Assembly: GCA_041690355.1 (NCBI GenBank)
Contig: JAWLHK010000009.1
Location: forward strand, 62,001 to 126,000
DNA length: 64,000 bases
Direction: 5' to 3'
From: a bacterium
Lineage (GTDB): Bacteria; J088; JAWLBW01
The stretch's first letter is position 1. Every line of letters starts with the position of its first letter. This document shows, piece after piece, positions 33,554-43,133 of this stretch. The notes under the pieces were generated by a model, which was not told the origin of the DNA, did no database searches, and saw only the letters and a list, made by a program, of their open reading frames with translations. The translations under genes and the position numbers were made by a program.

Positions 33554-34470
33554 GTTCTGCCTGGAAAGACCGGCTGCGCTCGGCCGTCACGCACAATGCG
33601 TTGCTCAAGGTCATCAGCATCATCATCGCCTTTCTGCTCTGGGCCTTTCTCATGCTCGAGAAGAAGAGCGAGATCGCCCTCTCGGTTCCGATCCGGGTCG
33701 AGAATACGCCTGAAGAGCTGGTCATGGTGCAGCCGCCGCCCGACGACCTGCGCGTCGTCCTGCGCGGGAGCCGCACGCAGCTCAGCGCCATCAGCGAGCG
33801 GATCAACCCTTACCGTATCGATCTGTCGGGCGCGAATGCCGGCGAAAACGCGTTCGACATCATTCCCGACAAGATTGATCTGCCGCGCGGCCTGCAGATC
33901 GTGCACGTAAGCCCGAGCCAGTTCACGCTGCGGCTCGCCCCGGTCATCGAGCGGCGTCTGCCGGTGCACGTCCGCTTCCGCGGCAGCCTGCCCGCCGGAT
34001 ACCGGATGACGAGCTACACCGTCGATCCCGAGACGGTCACCATCGAGGGGGCACGTAACGAGCTCGAGTCGCTGCGCTTCATCGAGACGGAACCGATCGA
34101 TCTGGATACGATCCGCGGAAACTCGCAGTTCGAGGTCCAGCTTTCGCTCAGCCGGCTGCACATCGTGAGCGTGACCACCCAGCAGGTTCGCGTGCTCCTC
34201 GACGTCGAAGAGATCCAGACGACGCGCACGTTCAAGAACGTGCCGGTCCAGATCCCCGAAGGCTACCGGGCGCGGGGGCGCGATCGCATCAGCGTGACCG
34301 TAGCCGGCCCCCAGCACCTGCTCCAGGAGATGAGCCGCGACGACCTGCGCGCCACGCTGACGCCTCCGGCCCGCCCCGGCCGGGCCCGGCTCGAAATCGC
34401 GGTCGAAACGCCGCCGCGGGTCTCGGTCGACAGTCTCTCACCCGGCACCCTCGAGGTACTTCCCAAGTGA
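33550..34470 (+). CDS. cdaR: CdaR/YbbR-like regulator
   Basis: N-terminal TM (LKVISIIIAFLLW) then repeated beta-rich YbbR-like units (VVLRG, PETVTIEG, VTVAGP); ATGA overlap with cdaA. Confidence 0.88.
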   Translation: MSSAWKDRLRSAVTHNALLKVISIIIAFLLWAFLMLEKKSEIALSVPIRVENTPEELVMVQPPPDDLRVVLRGSRTQLSAISERINPYRIDLSGANAGENAFDIIPDKIDLPRGLQIVHVSPSQFTLRLAPVIERRLPVHVRFRGSLPAGYRMTSYTVDPETVTIEGARNELESLRFIETEPIDLDTIRGNSQFEVQLSLSRLHIVSVTTQQVRVLLDVEEIQTTRTFKNVPVQIPEGYRARGRDRISVTVAGPQHLLQEMSRDDLRATLTPPARPGRARLEIAVETPPRVSVDSLSPGTLEVLPK

Positions 34471-36512
34471 ACCGTGTCCTCCTCTTCGCGGCCCCGATTC
34501 TGCTCGCGCTGACGCCGCTTTTCTTTATCGGTCAGGACCTGCAGTACAGCCGGTGGATCGTTCTCGCTCTCGCCGCCGGGGTCGCCTGGATCACGCGCCC
34601 GCTCGACCGCCGCTCACGCACCCTGACGCTGCTGCTCGCGTTCGGCCCGCTCTGGGCGATCGTCTCCTGGGGCGTGCACGGTTTTCCGCTCTCGGGCCTG
34701 CTCTGGACGGCCCAGCTCGTCTGCGGCACGCTGCTCGTCGCCGCCCTGCTGCACGATCGGCGCCCTGAAGACTACCTGATCCCCTGGATCGTCGGCATCG
34801 CCGGCGCATCGGTCTACGGCCTGCTCCAGGCAGGAGACCTCGCGGCTGCGCCGCGCGACGCTTACGGAAGCTCTGATCCGGCCTCGGTCTTCGGCCTGAG
34901 CAATTTCGCCGCCGAGACGCTCGTTCTCTCGATCCCGCTCGCCGTTGCCGTCTTTCTGCGCGCGCGGCAGCCCTGGATGCGGGGCATCGTGCTGGTGGCC
35001 GCTGTTGTCATGTCTGCTTATCTCGCCGCGGCCGAAAGCCGCGCGGGGTGGGTCGCCGGAGCGGCTCTTCTGGCGACCGTCCTGCTGGCCTGGCGCCCCC
35101 CCAACCGTCGGCTCTACTGGGGCGCGGTGGCGGCGGCGGCGATCTTCCTCGGCGCCGTGGCCTGGCTCGGCCCGCACCAGTTCGACTACTTCCGCGGCGC
35201 GCGCGATCCGAGCATCAGCTTCCGCATCGAAGCGTGGAAGGCGGCCCGCGAGATGGCTATCGAGCAGCCGGTGCTCGGGGCGGGGCCGGGAGGATTCTAC
35301 GGCAGCATCGGCCGCTTCGCCTCGCCGGCGCTGACGGCGGCCTCTTCGGCGGTCAACCGTTCGGTTCACCATCCGCACAACGAATATCTGGCGTTTCTCA
35401 CGCAGCTCGGCATCCCCGGCGCCGTCTGGCTCCTGGGGGTTCTGCTCACCCTCATCTTCGTCATGCTGCGCCGCGGGTCTCCCTGGCAGGCCGCGGGCGT
35501 GGTCGCGGCCATGGTGATCTCGCTTTTCGCTTTTCCCCTCCAGCAGGCCTCGTTCTGGGCTGCCTTTGCTCTGCTTGCCGGAACGGGAGTACGCCGGCGT
35601 ATGGGGGGCGACCTCGAGGATACCGAAGCGCTCCCCCTCTTCGCCACCCTGCGCCCCATGGTAGTCGTGCTGCTCCTGGGCCTGACGGTGCTGCTTACGA
35701 TTCGCACCGCGGCCAATATCGACGCCCGTGAAGCGGTCGTGCTTCTCGAGCAGGCGCGCAGTGCGTCACCCGAGCAGGCGGCTCTGCTGCGCGGGCGCGC
35801 CACCGAACACCTGCGCCAGTCTCTCTCGCGCTGGCCGGCCGACCCCGAGGCCAATTTCAATCTCGCGCTGGCGACGCGCGCCGAGAGCGAGTACCGCGAA
35901 CATCTCGAGAAGTACGTACAACTCGTTCCGGGCGACCCGCGCGCCCGCATTCTGCTCGCGCGCTCGGTCGAGCGCGGGGGCGATCGGCCGGCGGCCATCC
36001 GCATGCTGCGCGACATGCTGGCCGATTTTCACTACCCGCCGGCCGAAGTCTATCATCACCTGATTTCGCTCTACTCGGCCGACCGCGATTACACCCAGGC
36101 GCGCGGCCTCGCCGAGCAGGGGCTCGCCCGCAATCCGGACGATCGCCAGCTGCTGCTCGACCAGGCCGACGTCCTGCGCCTCGCGGGGAAAACGGACCTT
36201 GCATTGCCGATCTACCGCAAGCTGCTCCAGGGAGACGCGCGCGAGCCCGCCGTGCTGCTTCGCGCCGGGCTTGCCTTCGGCGACGCAGGGCTCTACGATG
36301 AAGCCAGAGACGCCTTCACGCGCGGCGCCGAGCTGGCGCCCCGCGAGGCGATCTTCCGCGTCTATCTGGCGCAGCTCGCCTTCGCCGCGGACGACCCGGC
36401 CACGGCTCGCCGGCATCTGACCGACGCGCTGCAGGCCGATCCCAATCTGCGGCTGCGGCTGTCCGCAGACGCGCCCGAACTGCTTCCGCTGCTCAAGGAC
36501 CTCACGGAATAA
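34467..36512 (+). CDS. O-antigen ligase-like (Wzy_C) membrane protein with C-terminal TPRs
   Basis: Multi-[41 protein letters not shown]-like helical repeats in the last ~250 aa; GTGA overlap with cdaR. Confidence 0.85.
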   Translation: MNRVLLFAAPILLALTPLFFIGQDLQYSRWIVLALAAGVAWITRPLDRRSRTLTLLLAFGPLWAIVSWGVHGFPLSGLLWTAQLVCGTLLVAALLHDRRPEDYLIPWIVGIAGASVYGLLQAGDLAAAPRDAYGSSDPASVFGLSNFAAETLVLSIPLAVAVFLRARQPWMRGIVLVAAVVMSAYLAAAESRAGWVAGAALLATVLLAWRPPNRRLYWGAVAAAAIFLGAVAWLGPHQFDYFRGARDPSISFRIEAWKAAREMAIEQPVLGAGPGGFYGSIGRFASPALTAASSAVNRSVHHPHNEYLAFLTQLGIPGAVWLLGVLLTLIFVMLRRGSPWQAAGVVAAMVISLFAFPLQQASFWAAFALLAGTGVRRRMGGDLEDTEALPLFATLRPMVVVLLLGLTVLLTIRTAANIDAREAVVLLEQARSASPEQAALLRGRATEHLRQSLSRWPADPEANFNLALATRAESEYREHLEKYVQLVPGDPRARILLARSVERGGDRPAAIRMLRDMLADFHYPPAEVYHHLISLYSADRDYTQARGLAEQGLARNPDDRQLLLDQADVLRLAGKTDLALPIYRKLLQGDAREPAVLLRAGLAFGDAGLYDEARDAFTRGAELAPREAIFRVYLAQLAFAADDPATARRHLTDALQADPNLRLRLSADAPELLPLLKDLTE

Positions 36513-36519
36513 CTGCATC

Positions 36520-37887
36520 ATGAGCGAGACCCGCAAACTCTTCGGCACCGACGGCATCCGCGGCGTCGCCAACCAGGATCCGATTACCGTCGAAATGGCC
36601 CTGCGCATCGGCCAGGCCGCTGCCGTGGCGTTCCGCAACGCCGACCGGCGCCACCGGGTCGTCATCGGCAAGGACACGCGCCTTTCGGGCTACATGCTCG
36701 AAACGGCCCTCTCGGCCGGCCTCTCGAGCATGGGGGTCGACGTGCTTCTCGTGGGTCCGCTTCCGACTCCGGGGATCGCCTTCATCACGGCGAGCATGCG
36801 CGCAGATGCGGGGATCGTCATCAGCGCCAGCCACAATCCCTTTCAGGACAACGGCATCAAGTTCTTCGCCGCCGACGGCTTCAAGCTCCCCGACGAGAGA
36901 GAGGCCGAAATCGAGCGGCTGATCTTCAGCGATTCGCTGACCGATTACCGGGCCGCGCCGACCGAGATCGCCAAGGCGTTCAAGATTGAAGATGCGCGCG
37001 GACGCTACGTCCAGTTCCTCAAGAACTCCCTCCCCCGCGAGCGCACGCTCGACGGCCTCAAAATTGTCGTCGACTGCGGACACGGCGCGACTTACCGCGT
37101 CGCCCCGAAAGTCTTCGAGGAGCTGGGGGCCGACGTCATCACCCTGGGCGTCTCGCCCAACGGCCGCAACATCAACGAAGGATGCGGCGCGCTCCATCCC
37201 GAAACCTGCGCAGAAGCGGTGCGCCGCCACGGCGCGCAGGTGGGTATCGCGCTCGACGGCGACGGCGATCGTGTGATTTTCGTCGACGAAACCGGCGAAG
37301 TCGTCGACGGCGACGAAATCATGGCCGTCTTCGCCACACATCTGATGAAGCGGGGCAAGCTCAAGCACAATACGCTGGTCACGACGGTCATGAGCAACAT
37401 GGGTCTCGACCTGTGCATCCGCGAAGCGGGCGGCCGCGTCGAAAAGACGGCGGTCGGCGACCGGTACGTCGTGGAGCGGATGCGCCGCGGCGGCTTCAAT
37501 GTCGGCGGAGAGCAGAGCGGCCACCTGGTCTTTCTCGACTGGGCGACCACGGGCGACGGCATCTGCAGCGCGCTGCAGCTCGTGAACGTCATGCTCGAAC
37601 GCCGTAAGCCGCTCTCGGAGCTGAAGAAGGTGATGACCCGTCTGCCCCAGGTATTGCTCAATGCCGAAGTGGGCGAGAAGCGCCCGCTCGAGACGCTGCC
37701 CGCAGTACAAAAGGTCATCCGCGAAGTCGAGCACCGGCTGGGCGACAAAGGGCGCGTGCTGGTTCGCTACTCCGGCACCGAGAACAAGGTGCGCGTCATG
37801 CTCGAGGGAGAGCACGAAGATGCCATCCGCGCAGACGCGCAGGCGATTCTTGACGTCATCGTGACGACCCTGGGCGCGCCGGTCTAG
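36520..37887 (+). CDS. glmM: Phosphoglucosamine mutase
   Basis: [42 protein letters not shown]. Confidence 0.97.
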   Translation: MSETRKLFGTDGIRGVANQDPITVEMALRIGQAAAVAFRNADRRHRVVIGKDTRLSGYMLETALSAGLSSMGVDVLLVGPLPTPGIAFITASMRADAGIVISASHNPFQDNGIKFFAADGFKLPDEREAEIERLIFSDSLTDYRAAPTEIAKAFKIEDARGRYVQFLKNSLPRERTLDGLKIVVDCGHGATYRVAPKVFEELGADVITLGVSPNGRNINEGCGALHPETCAEAVRRHGAQVGIALDGDGDRVIFVDETGEVVDGDEIMAVFATHLMKRGKLKHNTLVTTVMSNMGLDLCIREAGGRVEKTAVGDRYVVERMRRGGFNVGGEQSGHLVFLDWATTGDGICSALQLVNVMLERRKPLSELKKVMTRLPQVLLNAEVGEKRPLETLPAVQKVIREVEHRLGDKGRVLVRYSGTENKVRVMLEGEHEDAIRADAQAILDVIVTTLGAPV

Positions 37888-38031
37888 GCGCGCGGCGCGG
37901 GCGGGCTCTTCGTTTTTCGTTTTGCGTTCGGCACGGGCGGGATACTTCGTGGTTCCGCGCCCTCCCTGCTCTGACTGTGCGCGGCGAAGATCGAGATGCG
38001 GTACAACCGACCCGGTACCAGGAGAACCGCC

Positions 38032-39552
38032 GTGCGCGAAGCGATCCGTCTGATCATCATTCAAGCGTTCTGTAATCAGGCCGCCATCGCCCACGGCTAC
38101 GGCTATGCCCTGCTCTCCATTCTGCCGGGCATGGCAGAACCCGAACGCGCGACGATGATCCGCTGGCTGCAGTGGACGTCCATCGGCTCGACGCTGCTCG
38201 TCACGCCCATCCTCATCGCCATGCTCCTGCCCGTCGCCACCGCGCTTGCGCGCAAGGGGAACCTTTCTGCGGAACGGTTGCAGGGTGCGCGGCGCCGCGC
38301 GCTCAATCTTCCCGTGCTCATGACCCGCCTGACCAACTGGGCCTGGTACGGCGCCGCCTTCTCGCTGCCGATCTACCTGCACCTCGCCGGCCGTGAAATG
38401 CCCTTCGTCACCACCGCCCACGTCATGGCCGTGACCATGTTGATCGGATCGGTCGCGTCGACGTTCGTTTTTTACCTTGCCGAACGCAGCCTTCGTACGC
38501 GCGTCGTTCCGCGGCTGCTCCCCGACGGCGGCGTCTTTGCCGTTCCTGGGGTCATCGTGACGTCACTCGGCTTCAAGATCCTCATGCTGCTCGTGCTCGT
38601 CTGCGTGCTTCCGGTGGTCGTCCTGACCCTGGCCGCGTGGTCGGGGGCGGTACGGCCGGCGGCCGTGTTCTACGTGGGGATCTCGTTCGTCGTCTTCGGG
38701 GCCATCCAGGGCTGGCTCATCACGCGCAGCATTGCCGCGCCGGTGCGCACCCTGGTGCGAGAAATGAAGCGCGTGCGCGATGAGGATTTCACCGCACAGG
38801 CCCCCGTCGTTTCTCCCGACGAACTGGGACAGCTCGCCGACGGCTTCAACCGCATGACCGCCGGCCTGCGGCAGGCCGAATTTGTGAAGGACACCTTCGG
38901 CCGCTACGTGACGAGCCAGGTGCGCGACGAGATTCTCGGCGGCAAAATTCACCTCGGCGGCGAGCGGCGCGAGGTCACCGTACTCTTCAGCGACATCCGG
39001 GGCTTCACGGCATTCTCCGAAAGGCAGTCCCCCGAAGATACGGTGGCCTTCCTGAACGCCTATCTGGAGCGGATGGTCACCATCATCGTCGAAGAGGGGG
39101 GCACCGTCGACAAGTTCATCGGCGACGCCATTCTCGCGTCCTTCGGCGTGCCGCTTGCGCGCGAAGACGACCCGTTGCGGGCGGTGCGCGCAGCGCAGCG
39201 CATGCTGGCCGCCGTCGACGACATGAACGCCCACGCCGGGGGAACCGCGGTTCCGCTGCAAATCGGCATCGGCATCCACAGCGGGCCCGTCGTCGTGGGC
39301 AACATCGGCTCGGCCCGCAAGATGGAGTACACGATCATCGGCGACACCGTGAATACGGCCTCGCGCATCGAGCAGCTCACCAAGGAGCTCGGCGCGTCCC
39401 TGCTGATTTCCGAGGAAACGTGGCGGCGCGTGGCCGCCGACGTGCAGGCCGAGCCGCTCGCGCCGGTGGCCGTGAAAGGCAAGCGCGAGAAGCTGCAGCT
39501 GTATGCCGTGGCGGGCATGGCGCTACGGCCGGAACCTTCGCGTATCCTCTGA
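38032..39552 (+). CDS. Membrane-bound class III adenylate/guanylate cyclase with HAMP domain
   Basis: Several TMs, HAMP (DELGQLADGFNRM), LFSDIRGFT, DKFIGDA (Lys, adenylate-type), GIGIHSG, IGDTVNTASRIE; GTG start with AGGAG RBS (alternative ATG 37996). Confidence 0.92.
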   Translation: MREAIRLIIIQAFCNQAAIAHGYGYALLSILPGMAEPERATMIRWLQWTSIGSTLLVTPILIAMLLPVATALARKGNLSAERLQGARRRALNLPVLMTRLTNWAWYGAAFSLPIYLHLAGREMPFVTTAHVMAVTMLIGSVASTFVFYLAERSLRTRVVPRLLPDGGVFAVPGVIVTSLGFKILMLLVLVCVLPVVVLTLAAWSGAVRPAAVFYVGISFVVFGAIQGWLITRSIAAPVRTLVREMKRVRDEDFTAQAPVVSPDELGQLADGFNRMTAGLRQAEFVKDTFGRYVTSQVRDEILGGKIHLGGERREVTVLFSDIRGFTAFSERQSPEDTVAFLNAYLERMVTIIVEEGGTVDKFIGDAILASFGVPLAREDDPLRAVRAAQRMLAAVDDMNAHAGGTAVPLQIGIGIHSGPVVVGNIGSARKMEYTIIGDTVNTASRIEQLTKELGASLLISEETWRRVAADVQAEPLAPVAVKGKREKLQLYAVAGMALRPEPSRIL

Positions 39553-39593
39553 GGACGACTCGGGAGCGCCTCGCTTCCTGGGCTCTCCCTCGC

Positions 39594-39962
39594 CTAAGAA
39601 GGCGGAAGACGCCTCGCAAGCAGCCCTATCGGAATCAGGGCCATTCCATAGAAACCGATGTTCACCACGAAGGTCAGCCACCTGAGTTCTCCGGGCATCG
39701 GCTCGCTGACCACGAAGTCCCACAAGTAGAATCCGATGCACAGCAGGATCGTTCCGACGCCCAGCAGCGCGCCGCTCTGAATTCGCAGGCGGATACGCTC
39801 GGCGGCGACCCCGGCCATCGGAACTACAAGACCACCAAAGAGCACAAAGGGCCGAATCTGCTCCCATGTGAGAGTATCGGCAAGCCGAGCGTAGTTCAAA
39901 AGCCCAACGACATGGAGTGCAGCTACGGCGATGAGGATGAGTATGTTCAGGATACGCAGCAT
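39594..39962 (-). CDS. Hypothetical 4-TM membrane protein (paralog 1)
   Basis: 122 aa, hydrophobic; aligns by eye with 40177-40545. Confidence 0.7.
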   Translation of the reverse strand: MLRILNILILIAVAALHVVGLLNYARLADTLTWEQIRPFVLFGGLVVPMAGVAAERIRLRIQSGALLGVGTILLCIGFYLWDFVVSEPMPGELRWLTFVVNIGFYGMALIPIGLLARRLPPS

Positions 39963-40176
39963 TGCCGAATAGCCGATCTTGCCATGACGATACTATTCGT
40001 CAGGTGCCCAAGCCCTGTACCCTTCACGGCACCGCATCTCAATGCGTTCGTTTACCGACTTAGTCACCCGGTCGGAATAGACCAGAAGAAGATTGGTACG
40101 CTGCTGACAGGCAGGCATCCGAGAACCAGCACCATGTATAGACCTGTTAGTATGGTCCGGCCGGAACTCTTCATCC

Positions 40177-40545
40177 TCATGCTGTCGGCTCCTGTCGTGC
40201 GTACACCGCCATGAGAATCGTCGGAATTCCAAAAAGACCGAGAACCAAGACCCCGTTTGCATAGGGTGGAGCAGCCGGATCCGGCACACGCACTGCAAAA
40301 TCCCAGAGGTTGAGCCCCAGGCAGCAGAGTAACGTCCCAATTCCAACCAGTACGCCCATGCGCAATCTGCGCCGAATGAGCTCAGCCGCTCCTCCCGCGA
40401 GAAAAACAACCGCGAACCCGAACGCAACATTTGGAAAAGCCTCCTGACCCCTCGATGCTCCCAGGAACGGAAGATGGTAGGCTGCAAAAAGCCCATGGAC
40501 TGCCGCGAGAGCAGTGAGCGTCAGAATATTTGCGCGTCTCAGCAT
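40177..40545 (-). CDS. Hypothetical 4-TM membrane protein (paralog 2)
   Basis: 122 aa; shares MLRxxNILxLxAxAAxH, AGxAAExIRxR, GxGTxL and LWDFxV with 39594-39962. Confidence 0.7.
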   Translation of the reverse strand: MLRRANILTLTALAAVHGLFAAYHLPFLGASRGQEAFPNVAFGFAVVFLAGGAAELIRRRLRMGVLVGIGTLLCCLGLNLWDFAVRVPDPAAPPYANGVLVLGLFGIPTILMAVYARQEPTA

Positions 40546-40712
40546 CTTCTCTCATCCCATGAGCGAACCCGGGCTCCCTATCGCAAATCCTAACATTAGC
40601 AGAGGCTGGACCTCACGCGCAATGCTAAGCGAAGTGAAAACGATGACAACTGCGAAACCGGACTCCAGGCCGAATGCCTTCTACTGGATACAACAGGGAT
40701 ACCCCGCCCAAG

Positions 40713-40747
40713 AAAAAACGGCGCCACCCCAAAGGATGCGCCGTTTT
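40713..40747 (-). terminator. Intrinsic terminator after the parAB-bactofilin operon (possibly bidirectional)
   Basis: AAAACGGCGC...GCGCCGTTTT inverted repeat with a T6 tail on the minus strand. Confidence 0.75.
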
Positions 40748-40778
40748 CCGCTGCGCGTGGGGAGTCGGCCCCCGGCGC

Positions 40779-41204
40779 TCACGCGTTGATGACGTGCTCG
40801 AATTCGCGGTACACGCCTTCCATGCGCACGTTGCCCTCGAGGATGACCCCTTCGGTCACAATCAGGGTCGGCGCGATGAGCGTGCCGTAGAACTTGGCCG
40901 GCGCCTGCACATGGACGCGCTCGCGCGCCTTCAGCTCGCCGCGGAAGGTGCCCGAGATGACGGCCGAGCCGACCTCGACGTTTCCCTCGACTTCGCCGCT
41001 CTCGCCGATGACCAGCTTGTCCTGGCTGAAGATGTCGCCGACAAATTTGCCGTCGATGCGCACGGTGCCCTCAAAGGAGAGCTTCCCCTCGAAGCGGGTA
41101 CCCTTGTCGAGAAACGCGTTGACCGATGGGCCTTCGCTCACCGTCACGCCGGTCACCCGTTCGAAAATCCCTGAGCTTTCGCCCTTTTCTCGTTTGCCCA
41201 ACAT
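40779..41204 (-). CDS. Bactofilin (polymer-forming cytoskeletal protein)
   Basis: FLDKGTRFEGKLSFEGTVRIDGKFVGDI...LVIGESGEVEGNV...GVILEG beta-helix repeats; GGAAGGAG RBS. Confidence 0.93.
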   Translation of the reverse strand: MLGKREKGESSGIFERVTGVTVSEGPSVNAFLDKGTRFEGKLSFEGTVRIDGKFVGDIFSQDKLVIGESGEVEGNVEVGSAVISGTFRGELKARERVHVQAPAKFYGTLIAPTLIVTEGVILEGNVRMEGVYREFEHVINA

Positions 41205-41220
41205 GGACTCCTTCCTCTCT

Positions 41221-42081
41221 TCAGGAGAGCAGCTGCTCTATCAGCCGATCGAATTCCTCGGGCGAGTAGTACTCGAGGACGATCTTGCCGCGGCCGGCGT
41301 TGCCGGCGAATTGTACTTTGGTTCCGAACTGCTTCGAAAGCCGGTCGACCAGGGCCCGCAGATTCGGATCCACGCTCCCCTTGGCGGGCGGCTTCGGCGG
41401 CGGGGCCCCCTCGACGGCGCGCCGGGCCATCGATTCGAGCTGGCGCACCGAGAGCCCTTCGGCGACCACGAGGCGTGCGAACTCGAGCTGGCGCGCCGGA
41501 TCTTCCATCGTGACGAGCACGCGTGCGTGACCCATCGAGATGGAGCCGTCGCGAACCAGCTGCTGCACTTTGTCGCTCAGGCGCAGCAGGCGCATGAAGT
41601 TGGCGACCGTCGAGCGATCCTTGCCGACGCTCTGCGCGATCTGATCCTGCGTCAGCGCAAATTCCTCATGCAGCCGATGGTAGCCTTCGGCCTCTTCCAT
41701 CGGATTGAGATCGACGCGTTGCAGGTTTTCGACGAGGGCAATGGCAAGGGCGTCTTTCTTCGACACCTCGCGCACGACGATGGGCACTTCGGTAAGCCCC
41801 GCGAGCTGGCTCGCGCGCCAGCGGCGTTCGCCGGCGAGAATCCGGTACCCGTCGCGGTCGGGCTGCACGAGCAGCGGCTGAATGACGCCGTGTTCGCGGA
41901 TGGAATCGGACAGGCTCGCCAGATCGTCTTCGTCAAAGTATTTGCGCGGCTGCTCCGGATTCGGATGGACGCGCTCGATGCCCACGACGTTCGTGGGTTC
42001 GGTCGCAGCCCCTTCTTCGCTCACGCCGCCCGGAATCAGGGCGCCGAGGCCGCGCCCGAGGGCCTTGCGCTTGCTGCTCAT
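41221..42081 (-). CDS. parB: Chromosome partitioning protein ParB
   Basis: KRKALGRGLGALI, NPEQPRKYF, GVIQP, AGERRWRA, ENLQRVDL, HTH GKDRSTVANFMRLL. Confidence 0.96.
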   Translation of the reverse strand: MSSKRKALGRGLGALIPGGVSEEGAATEPTNVVGIERVHPNPEQPRKYFDEDDLASLSDSIREHGVIQPLLVQPDRDGYRILAGERRWRASQLAGLTEVPIVVREVSKKDALAIALVENLQRVDLNPMEEAEGYHRLHEEFALTQDQIAQSVGKDRSTVANFMRLLRLSDKVQQLVRDGSISMGHARVLVTMEDPARQLEFARLVVAEGLSVRQLESMARRAVEGAPPPKPPAKGSVDPNLRALVDRLSKQFGTKVQFAGNAGRGKIVLEYYSPEEFDRLIEQLLS

Positions 42082-42869
42082 GCCTGCACCGCCCGCGGCT
42101 GTTCCCGCTCGCCCCGGTTGAGAATCTCTTTGGCCAGCGACTCGTAGCCGACGGCACCCTTGCTCTGCGGATCGTAGAGGTTGATCGGCTTGCCGTGGCT
42201 GGGCGCCTCGCTGAGGCGCACGTTGCGGGTGATGACGGTCTCGAAGACCTTCCAGCCGAAGTGGCCGGTGACGTCTTCGGCCACCTGGTGGCAGATGTTG
42301 TTGCGGGCGTCGAACATGGTCAGCAGAATGCCTTCGAGCTTGAGGGCCGGATTCAGATTGGCCTCGATGAGCTTGATCGTCTGCATGAGCTGGCTGAGCC
42401 CTTCCATCGCGTAGAACTCGCACTGGAGGGGCACCAGCACGCTGTCGGCGGCCGTGAGCGCGTTCAGCGTCAGCAGCCCCAGCGAGGGCGGGCAGTCGAT
42501 GAAAATGAAATCGTATTGCTCGCGCAGGTCCTGAAAAACCTTGCGCAGCCGGGTTTCGCGGGCGATGGCGCCCACGAGCTCAATCTCGGCGCCCGCCAGG
42601 CTCTGGTTCGCCGGCATGAGGTCGAGGCCTTGAACTTCGGTACTGCGCACGACGTCGGCGGGGGCAGCCAGATCGAGCAGCGCGTGATAGACATGCTGGC
42701 GCAGCTGCGCCTTGGCGATCCCCAGCCCGCTCGTGGCGTTCCCCTGCGGGTCCATATCCACGAGCAGCACCCGTTTGCCGAGGACGGCAAAGGTGCTGGC
42801 AAGGTTGATGGAAGAGGTCGTCTTGCCGACCCCGCCCTTCTGATTCGCAATGGCGATGATACGCCCCAT
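42078..42869 (-). CDS. parA: Chromosome partitioning ATPase ParA/Soj
   Basis: NQKGGVGKTT, DMDPQGNAT, IDCPPSLG, QCEFYAMEG, RNVRLSEAPSHG. Confidence 0.96.
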   Translation of the reverse strand: MGRIIAIANQKGGVGKTTSSINLASTFAVLGKRVLLVDMDPQGNATSGLGIAKAQLRQHVYHALLDLAAPADVVRSTEVQGLDLMPANQSLAGAEIELVGAIARETRLRKVFQDLREQYDFIFIDCPPSLGLLTLNALTAADSVLVPLQCEFYAMEGLSQLMQTIKLIEANLNPALKLEGILLTMFDARNNICHQVAEDVTGHFGWKVFETVITRNVRLSEAPSHGKPINLYDPQSKGAVGYESLAKEILNRGEREQPRAVQA

Positions 42870-42970
42870 CCTTCGAACGCTCGCTCCTGAGGAAAACAAC
42901 ACAGTATACCCGTGGACGGGGGCTGAATGCCAAGGCGGTCGTCGGTTGCCGGACGGCGGCGGACGGAAAG

Positions 42971-43037
42971 AACCTCACCCCCGTCGGCGCTCGCGGCGCC
43001 GATTTCCCCTCTCCTTCGCAAGGAGAGGGGAAATCGG
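42971..43037. repeat. REP-like palindromic element
   Basis: CCTCACCCCC lead-in and a perfect 18-bp stem CCGATTTCCCCTCTCCTT-CGC-AAGGAGAGGGGAAATCGG (42999-43037). Confidence 0.65.
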
Positions 43038-43133
43038 GCTCACGCCAGTCACGTCACTTGCTGATTCGTACTTGCTTCTCAGGAATCAAGAATCAGGAAT
43101 CATGGAATGACCTGGGTTTCTGCCGCGGCAGCG

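Noticed and set aside
39420-40496. 264-aa plus-strand and 167-aa minus-strand ORFs across the lower-GC islet
   Set aside because: They overlap the two mutually similar 122-aa membrane genes, which are better supported.
41221-42423. 400-aa N-terminally extended ParB
   Set aside because: The extension overlaps parA out of frame; the ParB motif LGRGL follows ATG 42081.
40779-43133. parS site (TGTTTCACGTGAAACA-like) near parAB
   Set aside because: No convincing match seen by eye; a motif scan is needed to exclude degenerate sites.
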